Shown piece by piece: positions 36,789 to 50,230 of a stretch of DNA of 64,000 nt. The DNA comes from Dipteris shenzhenensis (lineage: Eukaryota). The position numbers and the translations under genes are program-made. The notes beneath the pieces were generated by a model that worked only from the letters and a program-made list of their open reading frames with translations, searched no databases and had not been told where the DNA came from. The stretch's first letter is position 1; each line of letters begins with the position of its first letter. The DNA lies in assembly GCA_047967505.1 (NCBI GenBank), contig CM106538.1; one strand, given 5' to 3'.

Positions 36789-38270
36789 ATGTTACGTCCT
36801 TTGCTCCTGCTGCTCTTTGTCGCAGCTTCACCTCGCTCTTGCTTTGCTTTCTGGGTTTACAATGGCTCCCAGGGCTTATTCTATCAGCCTACTCCCAATG
36901 AAGACCGGATCATGGACTTCTCTTCGGTGGGCTACAAAGAAGGGAACCAACCCTTCCCCTCGCCCCCGGTAAAAATCGCATTGCGCCCCTCCGGAGGCCC
37001 TGATGCTCCCCAAATCCAACGCGCTATCGACTATGTATCTTCTCTTCCACTCGACAACTCTACCGGCTTGCGCGGTGCTATTCAACTTACGAGCGGGCAT
37101 TTCGACGTTCGTAATTCTTCTTTCCGGATAAATGCCAGCGGCATTGTCATACTTGGAAACGGCACCGATAACAATACGGGAACCGTTCTCCATGCGCAGC
37201 AGCAAGTTCGTGTGCCGCTGTTTAATGTGAGTGGAGAGGGGGAGTGGGTTGAAGTAGGATCACGGGCGATTGTGACTAGAACTGCTCCTTCTGGTACTAA
37301 GGAAGTCTTTGTGGATGCAATAAAGGACTTTTCTGTTGGCGATGAGGTGCTCGTCGGCTGGCCACAGACCGAAGCGTGGTTAGAGATGATGAATATGTCA
37401 ACAGTCTGGGCAAACCGCAAAAACTTTGTGACCAAAGTGGAGCGCAAGATTGCTGCAATCGATAGAGCCAGCATGAAATTCACGCTCGACATCCCCCTCC
37501 CGTTTCGAATCGATACACAATACCTAGGAGGAGTAAACGTAGCTTACATCACCAAGTTCTCCTATGAAGGCAGAATACGAGAGGTGGGTCTGGCAAATTT
37601 CCTGGCCGAGCAACAGGCAGTCCTGCCGTACGGCAACGGCACCTTCATCGACTTTTTCGCCGTGGAGGATTCATGGATGAGCAACGTTGTTATTCGTGAT
37701 TTCGGAGGAGACACCATGACCATAGCTGGAAAACGCATCACCGTCCAAGACTTGCAGCTGATAAGAACGATACCTGCCCCACGCCACGGACCCAAACCTG
37801 CAGATATCGCTCTTCAATACACAGGATCTCAGATCCTTGTGAGCAACACCATCAGCGTGGGAGACCACGAATTCAACTTCCTGACAAGGAACGGGGTCAA
37901 TGGACCCAACGTCTTCTACAACTGCACCGGCATTGGCACAGCCAAAGCGCAACCGCATAGCCAATGGGCTACAGGGCTGCTTTACGACAATGTGAACCTC
38001 ACAGCCGGAACCATAGATATCTTTAACAGAAATCAGATCGCGGGCTGGCTAGATCACGGGTATGCAGCTGGATACGCAGTTGCCTGGCATTGTACCAGCA
38101 AAACGATCACGGTGGTGAATCCCCCAGGAGCTGCAAACTGGGCGATTGGATGCAACGTTACCGCGATCGTCAAGCCCAATCTCGGTGTACAAGGCTACAT
38201 TGACCCCAATGGTATTCCTTCTCCTGATCTTGTCTCCTTATACAGAGCGCAAAAAGGTCTCACCCTTTGA
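36789..38270 (+). CDS. Secreted pectin-lyase-fold (right-handed beta-helix) protein, bacterial-type family, intronless, 493 aa
   Basis: Uninterrupted ORF, GCCATG start context, signal peptide MLRPLLLLLFVAASPRSCFA. Motifs DFSSVGY, IQRAIDYVSSLPLD..GLRGAIQL..G.F, GPNVF, PHSQWATGLLYDN, HGYAAGYAVAW, PPGAANWAIG, SLYRAQ. 12 N-x-S/T sequons; CpG retained. Confidence 0.88.
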   Translation: MLRPLLLLLFVAASPRSCFAFWVYNGSQGLFYQPTPNEDRIMDFSSVGYKEGNQPFPSPPVKIALRPSGGPDAPQIQRAIDYVSSLPLDNSTGLRGAIQLTSGHFDVRNSSFRINASGIVILGNGTDNNTGTVLHAQQQVRVPLFNVSGEGEWVEVGSRAIVTRTAPSGTKEVFVDAIKDFSVGDEVLVGWPQTEAWLEMMNMSTVWANRKNFVTKVERKIAAIDRASMKFTLDIPLPFRIDTQYLGGVNVAYITKFSYEGRIREVGLANFLAEQQAVLPYGNGTFIDFFAVEDSWMSNVVIRDFGGDTMTIAGKRITVQDLQLIRTIPAPRHGPKPADIALQYTGSQILVSNTISVGDHEFNFLTRNGVNGPNVFYNCTGIGTAKAQPHSQWATGLLYDNVNLTAGTIDIFNRNQIAGWLDHGYAAGYAVAWHCTSKTITVVNPPGAANWAIGCNVTAIVKPNLGVQGYIDPNGIPSPDLVSLYRAQKGLTL

Positions 38271-41200
38271 ATTTGGAGGTGACAAGTAGAAATACCTACG
38301 TAGTTGCTGTTAACACATGCCATAGAGAGTTAATAATTCCCTTTCAAAATTTTGAAATATTGAAGCTTCACATTTCAAATTATGTAGGATATTTCACATG
38401 ATATTCAAGTGTGGTTTTCATTGGGTTACAACTCTTATGTCTAGTTTGATGCATATGGAGCCTCTCTCTCTCTCTCTCTCTCTCTTAAAACTATGGGTGC
38501 CTAAACATCATGCAATTTGTTATGCTCCATTAAATATGACTCTTAATAAGAATTTGTTTTATGCTACTTGCATGCTTTGAAATGGAAGAAATATTAATAT
38601 GAGACTTTCATTGCACATTAGCTTAATCTTGAGCAATACTAGCTTAGTGTGCTTGTGGAGGCATTTGTTATATTATGGTATGTCCAATGTGATATTCGAA
38701 AAAATGTTAATCTAAGAAAGCGGATGTTAGACCCAAATGCTTTAATAAATACATGAGAAAATTTAATAGATAAATGAGCAATTACAAAATATACAAGTCT
38801 TATAGGTTTAAACTTTTTAATTAAGACAACGTTATGTCATGTTAATTGAGCAAATTTATAGAACTTTATTGAACATCAAACATGTCTTTTGCATCAATTT
38901 GTTTTGGCTTTTGGATCATAATCTTCACATATGGAAGAGAACTTGGTGTTACTCATTAGCAAAAATGACATCTTCCACAACAAGACAAAGCAACTATAGA
39001 CGTGCTTGATAGACGCGCAAAATAGCGGGCACGTCTATAGGCACTACTAGAATAGTGAAAACACTAGTGTGTCTAATAGCGCGTCTATTTGTGCGTCTAA
39101 TAGCGCATCTATTCACTACGAATTAGACGCAGATTTAGATGCAAAACAGAGAATACAGAATGTGATATTTACGTGCAGGCTGATAAATGTACATCACTGC
39201 TTTCCAAAACATTGCCCATGATTACCAAAGCACATAATTTTAATAAAAATATCAATGCTTTTTGGGAAAGTACCCACATATACAAAAATTAAGTGAGGTG
39301 AGGAGAATGAGACAATATGTAAAATAGTTTTGCCAATATCAATGATGGGCTATGGTTCAACCTCATCCTCAATGAGATTAACCCTTGCCAAACTATCTAC
39401 TTCAAAATCCAAACCAATGTTGAGATCTACAAATACATTCAGCCCACTACTACTACTTACGCTACTCATGTGCTCATCGAAATCAGCATCACCAATGGTA
39501 GGCTCGTCCTCATAGGTAATGGCCTCAATATCTGTATCTCCTATCTCATGATCATCCTCCTCTCTCGTATCACAGTCATCATCACCTCCATGGCCATGAT
39601 CATCCTCCATACGCTCCATATTAGTAAATGTACTATACATCACTTTGGAACGTGGCATAATAGGTATGACATGGGCCACCACCTATTATAATCCACCATT
39701 GGTTGATAGACAACCTAATTCAAACACAAATACAATCATGTTATTTTCCTTGCATCGAAGGTATCAAATATTTAGAAGTGAGTATTTTTATATGTGTGTA
39801 TAATACATGTTCACATTGTTGCGGTAGTACTAGTGTATCCTTCTTACATTGACAAAACTTTGTGGAGTCAATAGTTACAAAGCCACTTGCATGGCATTTG
39901 ATTGTTGCATTAGGGCCTCTTTCCACTACGTCCTTAAACCACTTTACATCCAAAACATACACAAAGAAGCATCAAAAGTCAAGCTTAATAATATCTTGGA
40001 TTATGCCACAATAATCATCCATGGCTCCATTGGCTCCCTCAAAGCTAGTAATGACATTGCAATCTTGTGTGTTTCTCTTATCATCAATCCATTGTGTTTG
40101 AAAATGCTTGCCCTGACCATATAGCATTGAACATAGTACACTACACCAAGACAAAATCAATTAAATAAGCAATCTAAATTGTCAAAAGCTCCTAACTTAT
40201 ACATAGCATTCTATATACCGACCTTGCTCATGCATCCCCTAGCGTACTCCCGTTCTTCCATTGTGATATGCATCCCCTCGTCTCTCTCTGCTCTCTCCAT
40301 TTCATCAAGTAGCCAATCCACATGAATATCCTTTGGAAGTCCTCTTAGACGCTGAGGGTATGGCACACGAGATCCATGGTGTGTACGAAAGAGGGCCCTT
40401 TCTTTTTTTCTTCTTGCCTTTGCATCCTTGTATCTTGTCACCCATCTTTTCATCACATCACTATTAAGCATGCAATAAAGGTTGATATTATTAAGCAACT
40501 TCGTGTCTATTACTTTGCTCCGTCCTTTCCCTTGAGGCACAATAGAGGTCATCCTTAGGTCTTCATCATCTCTCCAAAGTCATGGGAGAGAGCTATCCAC
40601 ATCAACAAGAAACTCAAAAATATATACAAGTGACTCTTTTACCAACCAACCCTCAGCCATGCTACCTTTTGTCCTTGCATTTTGTCTCACGAAACCCTTC
40701 AAGGTCTTCATGAAGCACTTGAGGAAGAACAACCATCATGCATGTACAGTACCACATATAGCAATCTCATCCACCAAATGCACTATGAGATGTAGTTGGC
40801 TTATGAGAATAGAACGTGAAAATGTCTCCTCCACTAAACAAACCACCTCCATTGACATAACTTGAGCATTCTCAAGCGTGGTGGGATCTATTTCCTTTGA
40901 GCTCACATACCTAGAACGGAAAAAGTATGCCATATTAGCAATATGAACACGTTCCATGGAGCATTGATATGCTTCATATTTTGTATCTTGTAAAGTACCT
41001 CACAAGCTCTCCCATCTTGTAAATACAATCCTTCACATCCTTCGATGCACTACGAGAAATACTAGTAGGTAGTATGAACTGAACACATGAGGAATGGTTG
41101 ATTAGTTGCTTCTAATTCACTCACAAATTTGAAAGGAAAAAGATATTATGCACATTAAATACTTACTTGGAGCATCTTGTGCCAATCATGAGATTTCAAG

Positions 41201-41928
41201 CCATATAATTTCTCTACACCTCTTTTCTTGCTCTTTGTGAAGGCCCTCTTCAATTACCTCATGCATCCAGTGGGAGTATGAATTGTAGTGATAGCTTATT
41301 TCACTGCCACCATATTCTCTAGCTTTGATAACCTCCACAGTGCATGAGGTAAAAAGACACGCCCATTTGGCCTCTCTTGTGGCCAAGCTTCACGCATCCT
41401 CCCTGTGGTGCGTAGATCCTCCCTTATGCCTACAGAATTTTATGTCCCATTCAAATGTTCCCAAATGGTAGATGCCACATTCTTGAAGATATGCATGGCA
41501 TCAAGCAAGTGATTGATCTTGAGGTGGAACCAATATGGTAAATGATAAAAAATGGAGTATCTAAACAAAAGCTAGTGTTAGCGTGCAATCTTTATTTCCA
41601 TTCAATATAGCACATAATAGTTACAAACCCTTATCGGCTCATGTCAAGTGGTGGAGGAGTCATGGGACAGCATCCCAAATTCTCATCCAATCTCCTGCAG
41701 TGAGTGACTGTGGGGGGATTTCATTCGAAGGGGTGACATATCTAGGATGATCAGGTGGAAGAAATTGATGGTGATTCTCATAGATGACCTTATTCAATGT
41801 GTCTGCTCGTGAGGCAACTAGCGAAGGAGCACAAACAGGACATGCATGGTAACCTAATGTAGTGGGACCTGAACAATAGATGCAATTAAGAGTTCAAGGT
41901 GGGTTTAGGATGCCACATCGATTGTTTA

Positions 41929-44900
41929 TGAGAGTGCTCTCAACAAAAGCAAGAACGGAAGAAGGAGAGAGAGAGAAACAGAGAGCCACACAAGTTTTGG
42001 TGGGTGCAGAACCACCCTAATCTTCTTTTTCATTCATTTATATATGTGTTTGAGTATTGTACATAACCGGGGTAAAGGCACAGTGACCTTTAACCCCCAC
42101 AACCTCCCACTTAAAGGACAATGTGCCTTTAAGGGAGAACAACCAGTGAGCATACTATCCAATGCCCATCAATACACGACAATACTCAAACCGTTGACTA
42201 GGTAGACTCTTCGTCAGCATATCTGCAGGGTTATCATCTATATGAACCTTGACAAGCTCTATGCGCTTGTCCTCAAGTACCTCCCTGATGAAATGGTACC
42301 TGACCTCAATGTGTTTCGTCTTTGCATGAAAGACCGGATTCCGTGCTAGCTGAATAGCACTCATGGAATCACTATGCAATGTCGGTACACCTGTATGAAT
42401 CCCCAAATCTCCCACTAGCCGATCAAGCCATATAGCCTCCTTGCAACCCTCTGTGGCTGCAACATACTCAGCCTCTGTGGTAGAAAAAGCAACGCACTTT
42501 TGTGCACGAGACATCCACGACATTGCACCACCTGCAAAGTGAACACATAACCAGAAGTGGATCTCCTACTATCCACATGCCCTGCATAGTCTGAATCTAT
42601 GTACCCAAGTACACGCATGTCTCCTCTACCAAAGCAGATGCACATCTCCTTTGTACCCTTCATGTACCTCATGATGCACTTAACTGCCTCCCAATGCCTC
42701 TTTCCTGGATTAGCCATATACCAGCTAACAACTCCCACTGCAAATGCAATGTCTAGTCTAGTAGCTATCATAGCATACATAAGACTCCCAACTACTGATG
42801 CATAAGGAACCTTGGCCATCATGGCCCTTTCCTCGTCTGATTTGGGACTATCTGTATGACTCAGTTTCACATATGGAGGCAATGGAGTACTCACTACCTT
42901 CCCCCCCTCCATATTGAAACGCTGCAATACTTTTGTAACATACTCTTTTTGTGAAAGCCAAAGGAGTTTCCTACTCCGATCACGCGTGATGCGCATACCA
43001 AGAATATGACCTGCAAGTCCCAAATCCTTCATATCAAAGGCCTTATGCAACTTGGCCTTTAATGCAACTAGCTCATAAGTATTCTTGCTAGCCAATAGCA
43101 TATCATCCACATATAGTGCCAGGATTATCAGGCTATTATCCTTAGCCCTTTTAGTGTAGAGGCAGTGATCAATTTCATTCCTTCTAAAACCCTGGGACCG
43201 AATGAAAGCATCAAACTTCTGATACCATTCTCTAGGTGCTTGCTTAAGACCATAGAGACTCTTCTTTAGCTTGCAAACTAAATGCTGTTTGCCCTTTTCT
43301 TCAAAGCCTTCCGGCTGCACCATGTAAATTTCCTCATGCAAATGCCCATGCAAGAAAGCTGTCTTGACATCCATTTGCATAAGCTCCATATCCTCTGATG
43401 CCACTAGTCCAAGCATGCATCTAAGTGTGGTCATCTTCACAACCGGAGAAAATATCTCATCAAAGTTCACACCCTTCTCTTGCTTGAACCCTTTAGCAAC
43501 CAAACGGGCCTTGTACCTAGGCACATCATCACCTGTGACCTTCATTTTGTAGACCCATTTACATGGCAATGCTTTCTTTCCATGTGGCAAAGAAACCAAG
43601 TCCCAAGTCTTATTCTTCATAAGTGAACTCATCTCTGATTGCATAGCATACTCCCACTTGTGTTGATCCTCACGCATCATAGCCTCTCTGTAGTAAGAAG
43701 GCTCCTCGCAATCAGTAAGCATCACATAGTCTACCCCTGGAACGAACCTATCAGGCGGTCTAGACACTCTAGATGATCTTCTCAAGGGCATTTCAGCTTG
43801 CTGTCCCACTTGCATATCAGCCACATTTGGCTCATCATTTCCACCAATAGATGATCCATCATCTACCCTTGATTGTATACTTGTGGGAGTACTTGGTTGT
43901 ACCATTTCTTGCACATTTGGTGCATGGACAGCTTGCTGTCTATCAACATATGCAGGTGGATTCACATCCTGGAAAGTGATTCTCCTCATTTCCACATCCC
44001 TCATGGGTGCCTTATGCATCTTCTTCTCATTGAAGACCACATCATGGCTGCATATGATCTTCTTTGCTTCTGGATCCCAGAGACGATAGCCCATCTCTTC
44101 ACTTTCACCATAACCCAGAAAGATGCATTTCCTAGACTTAGGATCTAGCTTCTTTCGAAGCTCTTTTGGCACATGTGCATATGCCTCACACCCAAATATA
44201 TGCAAATGAGACTCAAAAGGGCTTCTTGCCACTCCATGCCTCTTCAGGAATACCACCATCCAAACTCTTACTAGGTGATCTGTTGATCACATGCACTGCA
44301 GTCTTCATTGCCTCAGCCCAAAAACCACCAGAAAGACTTGCATTGGAAAGCATACATTGCAACCTTTCTTGAATGGTACGGTTCATCTTTTCTGCAACTG
44401 GATTTTGCTCTGGAGTACAAGGGGATGTGAGCTCCCTCTTAATCCCACGTGTATCACAGAAATGCTGAAAGTCATGAGAGAGATACTCTCCACCATTGTC
44501 AGTCCGTAGGCATTTAAGCATTCTACCTGACTGATTCTCAACCAAGGCCAGCCATTTCTGAAATACCTGGAACACATCACTCTTCCGAGCTATAGCATAA
44601 GCCCACACTTTCCTAGTTGCATCATCAATGAATATCACATAGTATTCAGCCTCGCCTAATGACCGTGTAGGCATGGGACCACATATGTCTGAATGCACCA
44701 AATCAAGCATTTCAAACTCTTTCTTTTCCCTTCTTTTATGGGCTGATTTAGTTTGCTTCCCATAGAGACAGTGCTCACAAAATTCAAAATCAGAGAAACT
44801 CAAATGCGGTACATAAACCAAACGGCATAAGAGTTTCATTCCATTACGGCTCATGTGCCCCAACCTGCAATGCCACAAAGAAGTGCTTGGCTGCTCAGTT

Positions 44901-47823
44901 ATTGCAGCAACATGATCAAATACCCCTGATACATGTAAGGGATACAAAGTCCCACAGTTGGCACCCCTGGCCAAAAGCATAGAGCCCTTCTAAATTTTCC
45001 AACTCTGAAAGCCAAAAGTGGTGTGAAAACCAGCATCATCTAGCTGACCCACTAAAATAAGACTCTTGGTCAGCTTAGGCACATGTCTCACATGTTTCAA
45101 AACAAATGCAAACCCATTTGCAAAAGAAAACTTTATGTCACCTCCTCCCACTATGTCACATGTATAGTCATTTCCAAGATGCACACAACCTGTCTTTCCA
45201 CTGTCATAAGTGGAGAACCATTCCCTATGGGGAGTAACATGGAATGAAGCACCAGAATCCAAAATCCAATCCTGGGAATATGCATCATTTGAAGTGGTAA
45301 GCAACTCTGCAGATAAACTAGACATGAAGAGAACGTCATTGTCACTATCATGTGTGACTGCATTGATCTCCTCGATCTTCACTTTTCCTTTGTCCTCCCT
45401 TGGACTCTCTTCCTTTTGATTTGCACCCCAATTTGCATTCTTTTTCTTATCCTTTTGCTCTCTTTTTAGCTTGTAGCAATCCTTTTTCATATGGCCCTTC
45501 TTGCCACAGTGGTAACACTCAATGTTCCGTGCCCTGGATTTACTACGAGACTTCCCTCTTTCTTGGGACTTCCCCCTAAACTGTGATCTGCTCCTTTGCA
45601 CATTTAAGGCTGCATCCTGCTTGTTGCCATCCATAGACTTCCGTCTAATCTCCTCGGCCAACAAGCTACCCACAACATCATCAAATTTCAGTACTCCACC
45701 AGGTGCAGAGTTACTGACAGCTATACGGAAGGTATCCCACGAGGATGTCAATGAACATAAGAGAAATATTGCCTTAGTCTCCGCATCAAAATTTATCTTC
45801 TGAGCCTGAAGTTGGCTGAAAATAATATTGAATTCATTCAAGTGAGAAGCAATGGAGACCCCTTCCTTCATCTGCAGCTCAAACAACCTCTTCATGAGGT
45901 AAACTTTATTAGAGGCAGTTTCCTTCTCATAAGTGGCACACAGTTTCTTCCACAAATCTTCCGTAGTCTGCTCATTTACTACTGTGAAATAAACTGACTC
46001 TGCAAGATTAAGTCTAATAGTAGACTTTGCTAATGCATCCAACTCATTTCAATCATCCTCATACATATTTGCAGGCTTAGCTTCAATCCCTGCCAAGGGT
46101 TTAATCTGCTTCTTTTGAATAAGCACATCCCTTATTTGTTCTTTCCATAAAGAAAAGTTTGTCCCATCAAACTTTTTAATGTTGAAAAACTCCTTTTCAG
46201 ACATGGAAGAGGATGCCATGATAAAATAAAGCAAAATCCCAAATGCTAGTGCCTCAAGAGAGAATCACACCAAATACCAGGTGCACCCAAATGTGTATGA
46301 CACAATAGAGTGAAATATCACCAAAGCTCAAAGCTCAAAGCATCAAAAGATGCATCTGACTCATGTGCATATACTATGCATCCATATGAGCAAATCTGGC
46401 CCAAAAGAAAATGCCAATAAGTGCCAAATGACTCAAGCATAAACACTGTCCACTGGCATATGCATTAATAATATCTCATCCAAGAGAGCATAGCACTATC
46501 AGTGCATCACCTGCAATGTGTCAAAGCTGTCCCTCAGCATAAAATAGCATCCATGTGCAAAGCGTCCATAAAAATAGCATCCCATAAGGCAATTTGGGCC
46601 TATCAGCACATCCAATAAGGACCGCAATGCATCCAAATGGCCTACAAATCATCCACTGCAACCAAATGCACACCACGAATGAGCACACACTACTCAAACT
46701 GCAACCAGAGTGATCTGCATAAGGTATGCTCAGGAAATCATGGTCCCACGGTAATGACCGCTACTGAAAATAGAACCTGAGATGCCTCAAAACATGGGCG
46801 CCATTGCATAATCGGACTCGGAAGAAAATTTGCAAATATCTCTCTTCTGCCAGAACTCCAAAATCCCAACCGATGAGTGAGAAATGGGAGTCAATACTTA
46901 TCCACTGCCATGTGGCATAAATCTAAGGTTTCAAAACCTTAGAATGAAAAATGCATAACAGAGAGACGAAATCAAATACACAAAGATCTATAACTCTGAA
47001 AATCCTCCACCGAATTGCGCAAGAACTGACAGGTAAGGGTTTTTGGGTGTCCGGAACGCAATGGGATAGACGGTTTTGGAAACCGTGGTCTCAATCACTG
47101 GGTCCAACACACGGACTGAAAAACGTTTTTGGAAACATAGCTGTTTGTAAACTCCACTGGAGTGCGAATGATGAGCAACATAGAAGTTTTAGGACCTCCT
47201 GAGTCCACTGGAACTGATAGATCTGCAAATGGTTGCTCCAAACTTGAGTTCCAACACCCAGGTAAAAAACGCAGGAACTGACACAGTGAGTCAGAAATCC
47301 AATGAAATGATCCCAGATTCAAGAATGAAAGTTTCCAAGCTCCTGAAGTGAAGTGGACACCAAAAGCAAGCAATAGTTGCCTCTACAAGTCAATATGGAG
47401 TCTTTGTCATCGAACAGAACAGGGAAAAGCTCAAAAAACAACTTTTTCTTTGAAACCACTTAACAGGCTCTCAAAACCACTTCGCAAAGCCAAAGTGACT
47501 TTTCCAAAGGTACCTCCAAGGTCTCTGCACACTCGGATGCAAGTAAAGTCACCCACAAAGCTTCCCACAAAGCTTCTCCTTCCTCCCACAGAGCTACTGA
47601 GCTTCCAAGCATTCACGCACGCTCAGCTAGATCACCTGGGCTCTGATACCAGTTGAGAGTGCTCTCAACGGAAGCAAGAACGGAAGGAGAGAGAGAGAAA
47701 CAGAGAGCCACACAAGTTTTGGTGGGTGCAAAACCACCCTAATCTTCTTTTTCATTCATTTATATATGTGTTTGAGTATTGTACATAACCAGGGTAAAGG
47801 CACAGTGACCTTTAACCCCCACA
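41929..47823 (-). mobile_element. Complete Ty1/copia element, family A copy 2, inserted in a CACTA transposase intron
   Basis: LTRs 41929-42101 and 47654-47823, TSD GTTTA/GTCTA, PBS at 47640-47651, PPT at 42102-42112. Confidence 0.96.
42155..46219 (-). pseudogene. copia gag-pol of copy 2 (stops at 46049 and 44990, frameshifts ~44215 and ~42535)
   Basis: ORFs 46049-46234, 44990-46042, 44213-44980, 42415-44259 and 42155-42523 together give the full GAG-PR-IN-RT-RH. Confidence 0.93.
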
Positions 47824-50099
47824 GTCTACTCATAATTAAAAGTTCAATACTTACCTGAACACTCGCCATAGCCTAGGAAGGCATGCATCGTCCACATCAA
47901 GACTTCTTTGTGCAATTGAAGTCTCGTGACGAGGGAGGCTTGCTCACATCATGCAACTCGATACCTCTCCAAAGTATCTCTAGCTCATCAATCAAAGGCT
48001 CCAAATAAACATCAGGATTTTTTACTTTATGTTTCCCTAGAATTAGAAGGGATAACATAACATGTCCTTTCTTAATCGCCATAGAGGGTGGAAGATTATA
48101 ATTCACCAATATCACTGGCCATACACTGTAAGAGGTGCTTTTGAGACCAAATGGGTTCACACCATCCATACCCAATCTAAGTCTCAAGTTCCAAAGGTTC
48201 TTCCTTGAAGCTTGGCCATGTGTCTTGAATATGCTTCCATGCAAGAGTGTTTGCGGGACTTGTCCACTTGCCATCATTTGATCAATGGGAGGAATGCCAT
48301 GACATGAGCTCTGCAATGGATTTGCACTTGAACATATGTTGAATGCGAGGGATTATGGAAAAATGTTGCAGAACCCTACGAGGCACATCCAAAGTTTTGA
48401 GATCTTCTGTATATCTTGCCTCTCCACAAGTAGGACACTCTCTTGCATCCTTATGTGGTCCACGAAATAGAATGCAATCATTGACGCATGCATGGATGTG
48501 CTTGTAATCTAATCCTCCAAGAGAGGTCACATGTTGCCTTGCCATATCTCTTGAGGTCGGTAATTTATTCTCCCTTGGAAGCATTTTACACAATAGCTTG
48601 CATGTGAAGACCATAAATGAGAAAAAGCATTCGAGTAATTGACCCACTAGCATAATTCACCATGTTTGCAAAATAGACTTTAAAGCTTACTTGAGTAATG
48701 CATTCAAACTTGCATTGCTCCATCCATAGATGGTCTGCAAGTTTAGTAACTCAAGGGAGGCACGTAGAACAGAGAATGTGTACCCCTCAGATAGTGGAGT
48801 TGATGCTGCAGTAAAAAGATCATCTTGCTCCATGCCATCATCCCTACTTGAGGATTGATGGACATATAAATCCTACACCATATCATCAAACACCTCCTTC
48901 TCCATGGCCTTATGAGGTAATGGTAGAGGGCTACTATCACCATCACTCCATGCATCCGTAACGGTCCCTCCTGAAGATCCCACCTCATATCGCCGATGCT
49001 TCACCTCCTCATGACGAGCATAGGCCAACATATGTGGGTGTGGCACTGCATCCTGTATCAAATTAAAAAGGGATCATAACTCAAATACATGAACACCCAT
49101 AGGTATCTCAATCAACCTTAACTCTTTAACACTTACCATGTTTATGGTCGCATCCCATTCTCGATACTTTGAGACATGATTGAGTGCAATTTTGCGTGCA
49201 CGATACATGTTTTTTCAATGTCGATCACACATACATTTGATTTTTTGCTCCAACCACATTTTGCAATGGTGGATACAGAGGGATTCATCCTCATTGGAGC
49301 TACTTGTTGAAGATGAAGACATCCTACAGATAAACAACCCAAAAAATGTGTTCTTGCATGAGTTGTAAATGTCAAAACTATGTGTAGCATCTAAAAGTGC
49401 GTCTAACACCACATCTATACTGTGGAATGCATCTATAGGCACGTCTAAAACATAGTGTAGCCGTGCTGATAGATGTGCATTTAGATGCGTGTTTAGATGT
49501 GCTTTTAGACACGCAGATTGCGAGCTGATTTTCGAACCTACTTTTAGTGTGCTTGCTTTCCTTCACATACTTTTAGCGTTGCATGACTTGCTTTTCTATT
49601 AACAAACATAGCTCTAGGCATCCACACTTATCTCCAAGCACCCACACTCATCTCTAGGCTTACACAATCATCCCCAAGCATACAAGAGAAGAGGGTTTAC
49701 AAGGAAGATAAGAAAGAGAAGTAGCTTTGAAGAATGACAAGAAGCTTCCATACCTCTATCTAAGGTAAGTCTCTTGGCAGTTGGTCTTCTTTGGAAGTTG
49801 CTCTCTTTGGATTCGTCCTTTGTTGTATGCAGGGAAGAGATGTTTTTGGTACTAGTGTTGTTCTTTTTGGGGTCGGGCACATGTCCTTTTGAGTTTCTTT
49901 CAAAAAAGCATCTGTCGGAGTGCATCTATAGGTGTGTCAGACAGCGCATCTAACTTTTGGAAAAATAGACATCCGCGCTTGTAGACGTGTCTATAGATAC
50001 ACTACGATAGTTTTTCTTGTGTGTTCTTCCCTTTCCCCTTTCCCTTCCCCTTCCTTTTCCTTCTCTTTCCCTTTCCTTTCCCTTTCCCCTTCCCCTTCC

Positions 50100-50230
50100 A
50101 AGAAAGGGATTGCATGAATGATGGAAATAAGTGATTGCATGAATGATGGAAAGGGATTGCATGAATGAAGAAAAGGATTGCATGAATGATGGAAAGGGAT
50201 TGCATTAGTGAGGAAATAAGGGATTGCATT
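50100..50230. repeat. ~22-bp tandem repeat (GGGATTGCATGAATGATGGAAA), ~6 copies
   Basis: Direct inspection. Confidence 0.8.

Larger units (their letters stand above)
39350..49322 (-). pseudogene. CACTA TnpD/Tnp2-like transposase, multi-exon and disrupted
   Basis: Exon motifs IHACVNDCILF..CPTCGEARY, LGMDGVNPF, WPVILVNYNLPP, DVYLEPLIDEL, YHACPVC, HLIVHLVDEIAICGTVH, DYCGIIQDIIKLDF and VKWF. GTAAG/CAG introns, with stops and frameshifts. Confidence 0.88.
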
